Shown here: in pieces, positions 1 to 6,106 of the stretch
How the letters are laid out: every line of letters begins with the position of its first letter
Numbering within the stretch: the stretch's first letter is position 1
Source: Vibrio cholerae ATCC 14035
GTDB taxonomy: Bacteria > Pseudomonadota > Gammaproteobacteria > Enterobacterales > Vibrionaceae
NCBI RefSeq assembly: GCF_000621645.1
Contig: NZ_JHXR01000032.1
Location: 1 to 20,192, forward strand
Direction of reading: 5' to 3'
DNA length: 20,192 bases
Made by a program: the position numbers and the translations under genes
Notes under the pieces: generated by a model
Databases searched by the model: none
The model's input: only the letters and a program-made list of their open reading frames with translations
Told to the model about the DNA's origin: nothing

Positions 1-69
1 ACAAACTCTTCATCACCATTGCTGATATCAGAGCAAGCTTAGGCTAGTTATCCACTACCTTTAGCAAAC
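1..69 (-). other. Tail of a neighbouring integron gene cassette, cut by the window edge
   Basis: Lies directly outside the R' end of the split VCR at 70..95. On the minus strand an ATG at 19..17 (ATGGTGATGAAGAGTTTG) reads out of the window, the same start-next-to-VCR geometry as the cassette at 19715..20170. Too short to evaluate as a gene. Confidence 0.3.
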
Positions 70-95
70 TAACGCCCGCCTAAGGGGCTGGCAAC
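70..95 (-). repeat. VCR (integron attC), R'-proximal 26 bp, separated from the rest of the site by the island
   Basis: TAACGCCCGCCTAAGGGGCTGGCAAC is identical to the first 26 nt of the intact VCR at 19596..19717 and to the truncated copy at 20170..20192. Homology stops right after AC at 94..95. Confidence 0.9.
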
Positions 96-132
96 AGAAA
101 AACGCTACTATTACCACAGTTGTTACATAACC
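70..132 (+). other. attL (VCR half-site + AC core + island P' half-site)
   Basis: VCR sequence runs up to AC (94..95). The P' arm AGAAAAACGCTA-CTATTACCAC-AGTTG-TTACA (96..127) mirrors the arm at 19053..19084. Confidence 0.75.
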
Positions 133-172
133 AGTAACCCAAGTTAAACGGAATTTAACGGAGAGTAGCTAA

Positions 173-325
173 ATGCGTAAACAAAGCCTTAAACCTGTTG
201 TAGTCACTGCACAGCCTTGTGAGATCATTAACTTTGTAAACCACAGCAAACACTTGTCAATCAAGCAATGTGTGAGGTTACGCCTCTTAGCTGCTCGCCT
301 AGAATTCCATCAAACCTCAATTTAA
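173..325 (+). CDS. Small hypothetical protein (50 aa), not in the supplied ORF track
   Basis: ATG at 173 preceded by GGAGAG (160..165). Reads MRKQSLKPVVVTAQPCEIINFVNHSKHLSIKQCVRLRLLAARLEFHQTSI and stops with TAA at 323..325, 18 nt before the next gene. No recognisable family. Confidence 0.35.
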   Translation: MRKQSLKPVVVTAQPCEIINFVNHSKHLSIKQCVRLRLLAARLEFHQTSI

Positions 326-343
326 TTTAGGAGATACTAATAT

Positions 344-838
344 ATGTTTAAAGTGTTAATTCATGAACGTAGTAAAGACGTTAAAATTCTGCCTGATGGT
401 GGGTTTGATTTAACCGTATTGTTGTTTGGTGTGTTTGTCCCCTTGTGGCGTGGACAATACAAACGTGCATTAAGTTACCTAGCAATTGTTATTTGCACCT
501 TGTTTGTTGCTTGGTTATTTATTCCTTTCTTCTCCAACAAACACTATATCAAGGATTTGTTAGAGAAAGACGGGTATTTATTGGCAGAAGATTATACAGG
601 TATTAAACCTGTAATCCCTGACACCTCCCCACTAATGATCATGCTGAAAGATTTTGTCAGTTGGTTTATGTTTATCCATGTTTTACTTGGTGTTCTTGGT
701 TTATTTATATTAGGGGATTTGTTGTTAGCTGTTACCATAATCGCCCTGTTTGGTTTAGGGTTGGCTTTACGTTACCACCGTGCTTTAGCTAAACACCAAG
801 CTATCACAAAGTATAATGAGGTGAGTAATGCTGCTTGA
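344..838 (+). CDS. Integral membrane protein; N-terminal region resembles the DUF2628-type small membrane domain
   Basis: AGGAG RBS 8 nt upstream. Several hydrophobic spans (LTVLLFGVFVPLW, LSYLAIVICTLFVAWLFIPFF, FVSWFMFIHVLLGVLGLFILGDLLLAVTIIALFGLGLAL). The GF-x-LTVLLFGVFVPLWRGQYKRAL pattern is reminiscent of DUF2628; this comes from memory, not alignment. Confidence 0.7.
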   Translation: MFKVLIHERSKDVKILPDGGFDLTVLLFGVFVPLWRGQYKRALSYLAIVICTLFVAWLFIPFFSNKHYIKDLLEKDGYLLAEDYTGIKPVIPDTSPLMIMLKDFVSWFMFIHVLLGVLGLFILGDLLLAVTIIALFGLGLALRYHRALAKHQAITKYNEVSNAA

Positions 839-1055
839 TCAAGATTATATCGACAGTAATTTCCGCAAATACCACGTAAACACAATAAAAAAGTGGTGTT
901 CTGGGGAGTGTAGAGGTTTGACGGAAGAGTTAGCCCTTAATTCTCTTGATGTGCTTTTGCACGTGGAAGATTCCACACTAACAGAAATTGCCGAATCTAC
1001 AGGGTTAACACTAGAGACAGTTGCAAAGTTAAACGCAAAACTAGTGTTGTCATAG
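828..1055 (+). CDS. Small helix-turn-helix protein (75 aa)
   Basis: Overlaps the upstream gene by 11 nt; GAGG lies 7 nt upstream of the ATG. STLTEIAESTGLTLETVAKLN looks like an HTH. Confidence 0.6.
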   Translation: MLLDQDYIDSNFRKYHVNTIKKWCSGECRGLTEELALNSLDVLLHVEDSTLTEIAESTGLTLETVAKLNAKLVLS

Positions 1056-1110
1056 GGTTGGTTTTACAACTAGTTTTTAACAAGTTAGGTTAGTTTGTTT
1101 GTGTTATTAT

Positions 1111-1139
1111 GGGGAGGCTTAACGCCTCTCCTTTTTATT
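1111..1139 (+). terminator. Intrinsic terminator closing the left-end three-gene module, immediately upstream of int
   Basis: GGGGAGGC-ttaac-GCCTCTCC stem (one mismatch) followed by TTTTTATT. Confidence 0.7.
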
Positions 1140-1155
1140 AAGCGTGTGTGAATTT

Positions 1156-2814
1156 ATGCCAAAACTTTACATATTTAGACGAGTATCTAGTAAACGCCAA
1201 ACCAACAAAACAGGTTTAAAGATACAAGTTCGCCCTGAAACTGTAGAGCGTTTATTGTCTGAACATGGTTTATCAGAGGTTGTTGATCTTGGGGCTGAGG
1301 TTGCCAGTGCAAGCAAAGGTAAGCATATCGAAGAAGGGAGTATTTTAAAACGCTTTTTAATGAAATGTGAGCGCGGAGAAATTGAACAAGGGTCAATACT
1401 CGCTGTTTATTCCCTCGACCGTCTAAGCCGCCTTGAGAAGCTTGGACTGGCTAAGAGTCTAATCTACTTGCCGATTACAAACAACGGCGTGAGTATATTC
1501 GGTGAAATAGACAATTTCCTATACAAACCCCACGATGTTTTGAGTGAAATATTATCAAGCTTAGTGTTTGAGCGTGCAGCCGAAGAGAGCCGAGCAAAGA
1601 AAAACCGTAACATTGACAGTTTAGCGGCTAACCTCGCACAGTATCAGCGAGATGGACAATACACAACAAAACTGGGTAAATCTCCTAGTTGGATAAATCA
1701 CAAAACAGGTAAGCTTAACGAAGAGGCTGTATTGTGGCGTGAGGTGATTAATTGTTATACAAGTGGACAATATAAAAACTTATCCGCATTGCATACAGCT
1801 ATGCAATTGGCAATACCCTACAACACATTGAGCAAGGTTATTAATAACGCTCACAAAACGCTTATAGGGACAAAGGTTATTAAGGGTGTGGAGCTTGCAG
1901 AATTTTATGAGCCATTGTTAACACAAGAGGAATACAACCGTTTGTTGATTTATGTCCGACAAATGGGAACTGGTAAAGGTAAAGCTATTGCCACCACTAA
2001 AACCGAGAATATCTGGCTATTGAAGGGATTAGGAGAATGTCCTCAATGCGGTAGTTTGTGCGGGAGCTTCAAGAATGGTGCAAGTGTTAAAGATAAGGTG
2101 AGGTATAACTACCGATGCAATGCAGCCATAAACAAGCATTGTGATAGTCCCACGTATAACCTAAACCCTATAGAGGCTATCGTAACGCTGTTATCAGCCG
2201 ACTATTTGCATGAAGTTAGCCAAAGGGAAACCAACACCGAACTAAACGCTAAAATTGAAGCTATGCAGGTAGAGGTTGAACGGTTAGAAACACAATTAGA
2301 CCAAGCAACACAAGCCTTAAATACCTTTTTCAGCCCTGAGTTGGCACAAGCCATACCAAAATACCGAGAACAACTAGAAACCGCCCAAAACGAACTACAG
2401 ACACTATTAGCATTAGCTTCTAACCACACACCAATTAATGAAAGCTTATTATCAGCAGAGATTATATTAGACAAAGCTAACCCTGAAAGGGTGAAGCTTG
2501 TTAAATTGTTGCAAGGTTGTATTAATCGCGTGATTGTTACACGTAAGAGTGTTAAAAAGGGTGACATACGATTTAACCCAAAGATTTACACAGGCTGCGA
2601 TTACTCTCTGTTGTGCGTAAGGGTGGAATTTATAGATGGGAATATTAGGGTGTTTGATAGTGTGCTTAGGGACAACCTACGTTTAAATTTAAGTGTTAGC
2701 GATGGCACAAGATCAATTGGTTTAGAAAACTTTCATAGATTTAGCCGAAGGTTGAGAGAATACGATTTGATAAAATATTGTGTGATAAATAACCGCAAGC
2801 TGAAAATCACGTAA
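1156..2814 (+). CDS. int: Large serine recombinase (integrase)
   Basis: N-terminal catalytic motif YIFRRVSSKRQ and YSLDRLSRL. Cys-rich zinc-ribbon CPQCGS...YRCNAAINKHC. Long coiled coil (ELNAKIEAMQVEVERLETQLDQATQAL...ETAQNELQTLLA). About 550 aa and adjacent to attL. I prefer ATG 1156 (MPKLYIF) over the track's GTG 1144. Confidence 0.92.
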   Translation: MPKLYIFRRVSSKRQTNKTGLKIQVRPETVERLLSEHGLSEVVDLGAEVASASKGKHIEEGSILKRFLMKCERGEIEQGSILAVYSLDRLSRLEKLGLAKSLIYLPITNNGVSIFGEIDNFLYKPHDVLSEILSSLVFERAAEESRAKKNRNIDSLAANLAQYQRDGQYTTKLGKSPSWINHKTGKLNEEAVLWREVINCYTSGQYKNLSALHTAMQLAIPYNTLSKVINNAHKTLIGTKVIKGVELAEFYEPLLTQEEYNRLLIYVRQMGTGKGKAIATTKTENIWLLKGLGECPQCGSLCGSFKNGASVKDKVRYNYRCNAAINKHCDSPTYNLNPIEAIVTLLSADYLHEVSQRETNTELNAKIEAMQVEVERLETQLDQATQALNTFFSPELAQAIPKYREQLETAQNELQTLLALASNHTPINESLLSAEIILDKANPERVKLVKLLQGCINRVIVTRKSVKKGDIRFNPKIYTGCDYSLLCVRVEFIDGNIRVFDSVLRDNLRLNLSVSDGTRSIGLENFHRFSRRLREYDLIKYCVINNRKLKIT

Positions 2815-2848
2815 GAAAAAGACCGCCCTATTAAGGCGGTTTCTTTTA
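2815..2848. terminator. Bidirectional intrinsic terminator between convergent int and the leftward operon
   Basis: AAAAAG-ACCGCC-ctattaa-GGCGGT-TTCTTTT. The A-run and T-run flank a 6-bp GC stem, so it should work on both strands. Confidence 0.8.
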
Positions 2849-3265
2849 TGTGTTTAGAAAACCGTAGACAGTAGTTGTCCATGTTCTACCTGTCTTAGGG
2901 TTAAGTAGTGTTATTGGTGTCTTAGACGCACCGAACCACTCCCCAACCTCACCACCAAAACCTAGTAATACATAACCCTTTTGGACACAATTCCGCTGAA
3001 CCAAGATATGATACTGGTTTGGGGAATATTTGTAGCGACCACTGCAGGGACACGGCACTCTCTCATTGCAAACAAGATTACTTTTGGTTGATGTAAAACC
3101 ATCCGGAAATAACACTTCATCCACACTACAAATAGAACACTCAACCGTGAATACTGCATTACGTCCACTAGTTTGATCGGTGATACCCGTTACTGTTAGT
3201 GTGCCGCCCTTGGGTGTATGAAACTGCTCCCCGATAAACTCACGTTGTAATCTCGTAATTTTCAT
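2846..3265 (-). CDS. Homing-endonuclease-type DNA-binding protein without a catalytic domain (candidate repressor)
   Basis: AAGGAA RBS. The pattern FIGEQFHTPKGGTLTVTG, then CSIC...(19)...CNERVPCPC, then YVLLGFGG...TLLNPKTGRTW...VYGFL resembles the N-terminal Zn-ribbon/DNA-binding modules that precede T5orf172/GIY-YIG catalytic domains in phage homing endonucleases. At 139 aa it has no room for a nuclease domain. Confidence 0.5.
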   Translation of the reverse strand: MKITRLQREFIGEQFHTPKGGTLTVTGITDQTSGRNAVFTVECSICSVDEVLFPDGFTSTKSNLVCNERVPCPCSGRYKYSPNQYHILVQRNCVQKGYVLLGFGGEVGEWFGASKTPITLLNPKTGRTWTTTVYGFLNT

Positions 3266-3300
3266 ATTTCCTTTCTCTATTCTTCTTTTGTTGTTATTTG

Positions 3301-3702
3301 TTATTTTGAATCAATCAATTCGATCATTAATTTGAAAGTTTCTGAATTGATAGCTTGCCAAGTAATGCCACTGCCATACGTGTTTGCTTTAGCTGTAGTG
3401 GTGGTATAAGCCTTGATAAAATTATGTAGTATGTCGTTGAAAATGCACTTATTTTCTTCTGTTAACCACCGCTTGAAATAATCATGATGCAGTTCGACAA
3501 GTTGTTTTATTTCTACAATTGTTTGTGGTGGGATAAGCGAGATTAAACTCATTCGCACTTGATTGCTTTGCCCCACTAAATCCTCTACACGAAAACCCAA
3601 TGCATCCACAAAGGCGCAAGTAATATCATGGTATTGTAGAGGGAGAAGGAGGCGGTTATATTCGTCATATTCAAAATTAAAAGTTTGCGCTGTCATGTTC
3701 AT
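3301..3702 (-). CDS. Hypothetical protein (133 aa)
   Basis: AAGGAA RBS; tight operon spacing with its neighbours; no recognisable motif. Confidence 0.7.
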   Translation of the reverse strand: MNMTAQTFNFEYDEYNRLLLPLQYHDITCAFVDALGFRVEDLVGQSNQVRMSLISLIPPQTIVEIKQLVELHHDYFKRWLTEENKCIFNDILHNFIKAYTTTTAKANTYGSGITWQAINSETFKLMIELIDSK

Positions 3703-3716
3703 AGTTCCTTATATTA

Positions 3717-4094
3717 TTAAAACTTGGTTGATTTAAATTGACGTGGATCGAATGGTTTGGGAGGTGTATTAGGTGTAGTTGTTGGTTGTTGTCCACCTTC
3801 TACAGCCTCCACTGCTTGCACTTTCTTCAGCAATTCCTCTAGATCTGCAACAACCTTGCTCAAGTGTTTCTGTTCATTCAATACAATCTTGATTGCATCG
3901 GATTGACCTTTAGTTAATTCGATCTCGCCTTTGCAAGCTTTGATTAGTTGTAACATGATCCCGTCATAGGCTTTATTGATGCGACCTAGTGCCTTATTGC
4001 TACCTTTGGCAGCTTCTAGCAGGGTGTCGAGGTGATTGTCCAAGGAGGCTTTGATATTGTCGTTTGATTTATACACTGGATATACATTACTCAT
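3717..4094 (-). CDS. Coiled-coil protein with Thr/Pro-rich C-terminal tail
   Basis: The start at 4094 (MSNVYPVYK) has an AAGGAA RBS and avoids overlap with the upstream gene; the track's start at 4124 is the alternative. C-terminus is QQPTTTPNTPPKPFDPRQFKSTKF. Confidence 0.7.
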   Translation of the reverse strand: MSNVYPVYKSNDNIKASLDNHLDTLLEAAKGSNKALGRINKAYDGIMLQLIKACKGEIELTKGQSDAIKIVLNEQKHLSKVVADLEELLKKVQAVEAVEGGQQPTTTPNTPPKPFDPRQFKSTKF

Positions 4095-4110
4095 TTTTAT
4101 ATGTTCCTTA

Positions 4111-4386
4111 TTATATGATTTCATGGAATTGGTAGAGGCGGTCGGTTTCTTCCGATAAGGTTTTTACAATACTGTTATATGTTGAACGAATTTTAGTAAT
4201 TCGATTAACACTCAATGTTGTCCCTGTTTCCGCTTTAACGATATTTGCAATTGTGGCTCGTGGGATATTCAAACCACTTAGGCACACTACCAATTTAGTT
4301 ACATTATTGGTGCGAGTTTCTGACATTAGTGACATACCCAAACCAATAATATCGTTTTGAATCTTACTTAAAATTTTACTGCTCAC
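4111..4386 (-). CDS. Small protein, possible HTH regulator; first gene of the leftward operon
   Basis: GTG start with AAGGAA upstream. GLNIPRATIANIVKAETGTTLSVNRITKIR is HTH-like. Sits downstream of the minus-strand promoter at 4658..4687 and a ~265-nt leader. Confidence 0.6.
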   Translation of the reverse strand: MSSKILSKIQNDIIGLGMSLMSETRTNNVTKLVVCLSGLNIPRATIANIVKAETGTTLSVNRITKIRSTYNSIVKTLSEETDRLYQFHEII

Positions 4387-4415
4387 TTTATATAGTTTTC
4401 CTTATGTTGTTTGTT

Positions 4416-4448
4416 GTTAACTTTACAAGTTAGGGGGTTAACTTTACA
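4416..4448 (-). repeat. Two exact 12-bp direct repeats GTTAACTTTACA, 21 bp apart, in the leader of the leftward operon
   Basis: Copies at 4416..4427 and 4437..4448; each contains the GTTAAC palindrome. They lie 30-60 nt upstream of the start at 4386. Confidence 0.8.
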
Positions 4449-4650
4449 CCCATAAATTAACCGTCCTATAAGGGCTAGGTGAGGTTTTAGAGATTAGACG
4501 GCGTATTATATTGAGGATTATTTAGAGCTTGTTGTGGACGCTTGGAGAAGCGTTATATACCCCCTATACCCTACCCCCTAACTAAAACTGAGGAATTGAC
4601 GAGTTTAAAGGGGAGTTGTGGATGTATAACAGGAAGATTTCCTACCCTTA

Positions 4651-4690
4651 TATTATCATTATAGCATTTAATGAGAATCATTATCAATAG
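4651..4690 (-). promoter_or_regulatory. Sigma-70 extended -10 promoter for the leftward operon, with an overlapping Fur-box-like operator
   Basis: Minus strand reads TTGATA (4687..4682), 18 nt, TGcTATAAT (4666..4658). The module is near-identical to 11966..11998 on the plus strand. 4667..4685 (TTTAATGAGAATCATTATC) matches the 19-bp Fur consensus GATAATGATAATCATTATC at 16 of 19 positions. Confidence 0.7.
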
Positions 4691-5405
4691 GTATTAGTAA
4701 AAAGGTGATAGTTTTAAGCCAATATTATCAACAAATATCTATCACCTTGTAATTATAACAAGTGATATTGTTTTAACATGGATATTAGGACTACCGCTAA
4801 AATTTCAGAAAATTATAAAAAATTTTATAGCAGGTAATAAATTGAGGGCTAAACCATTATGAAACCTAGAGATAATATCCATATGAGGGAGAGGGTGTGA
4901 GGTGGGGTAAGGTAAAATTATACAAATTGAGCAAGAGCTGCTAAGCCCACCCACTCCACCCCTTTACACTACTTATACATTTTTCTTGCATATCCATGCA
5001 CAGGTGTATTTCTCCCCTATCGGGACAATAATTCCACTCATAATCAAAGATTAAATTATGGCGCACTGAGGTGTAATCTCTTACAACCATTGATACATAA
5101 GGGTTTGAGTGCGATTACGTGCGCCTATTATGCGTTATTGGTAGATATTAGAACCATTATGTTAAATGAGTGATTTCTAATATATAGGTTAGAGGTGTCT
5201 AGTTTGCATTTTCACAAGTTTACTGTCTGCAAAAGGTGGTAAAACCTCATAGATAACTGAGTAAATACTTGCACCAATTTAGTGCAATAAAAAGTAATGT
5301 AAGAATCTGCACTTTGAATATGATTCGCTGTAAATCTCCCACTTTTCACAATTCCCATAATTTAACCTAAATATTCGTGACTGAGTGTTGTATGCATACA
5401 TATTC

Positions 5406-5451
5406 TTTGCATTTTGCAAATCATAATGATAACTATTTGCATTTTGCAAAT
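5406..5451. repeat. Two exact 16-bp direct repeats TTTGCATTTTGCAAAT, each an internal dyad (TTTGCA/TGCAAA), 30 bp apart
   Basis: Copies at 5406..5421 and 5436..5451. Related TTTGCATT cores occur at about 5203 and about 6985. Confidence 0.85.
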
Positions 5452-5812
5452 ATGAGTTTACACTTATGTGCGGCGATGGTGTTTGTGATTTGTTTAGCAC
5501 CTCTTCTGTATATTATACATAACCTTACCCCCTAACAATCCTCTTTGCATATGTGTGGCATACTCCATATGTGTATATAACAGCTTATATGCTTTTCTAT
5601 CCTCATTTAAACACGCTCAGAACGTCATTTAACGCATCTTATCACCACCTTAATATGATTGCCTTATGTATCATTAAAACCTCTTAGAATCGCTTACAGG
5701 AGCTTACAACGTGTTGTAGGAGCGTTTATAACAAGTTATAAAGTGCTTTTAGATAGATTCCGAGAATATACGGTAACTTACCACCTACCCAATCTCTTAT
5801 ATCTCCACTTAT

Positions 5813-5860
5813 ACGTTAGTATTACTGACGTTAGTATTACCCCCAACGCAATAATGCGTT
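5813..5860. repeat. Tandem 13-bp repeat ACGTTAGTATTAC (x2, 15-bp period) followed by the palindrome AACGCAataaTGCGTT
   Basis: Repeats at 5813..5825 and 5828..5840; palindrome at 5845..5860. Confidence 0.85.
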
Positions 5861-6003
5861 TACCCACACATATTTGTGTATCCCACAATAACGCAACAGA
5901 ACGCATTTTAAACGTGTTTACACACAACCCAATACATTCGTATGCCTTTGCATACAAAACTCAATACAGAGCGTTACAGAGCGTTTTACACAAGAAATGT
6001 GTA

Positions 6004-6094
6004 TCCACACAAGGAATACTCCCACACACAAGAATTGTGTAATCCACACAAATAAAGAATTCCACACAAAGAATATTGTTTGCACAAAAGGGAT
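6004..6094 (+). repeat. Iteron-like array, five copies of TCCACACAA-GAAT with ~18-20 bp period
   Basis: Copies start at 6004 (TCCACACAAGGAATA), 6021 (CCCACACACAAGAATT), 6043 (TCCACACAAATAAAGAATT), 6061 (TCCACACAAAGAATA) and 6079 (degenerate, TTGCACAAAAGGGATA). Confidence 0.75.
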
Positions 6095-6106
6095 AACCTT
6101 CACAGG

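Noticed and set aside
70-132. A tRNA or tmRNA gene as the integration target, or an integron integrase/attI in the window
   Set aside because: The sequence at both junctions is VCR (attC), not tRNA-like. No tyrosine recombinase or attI is present in the window. The array continues beyond 20192, so intIA, if present, lies outside it.
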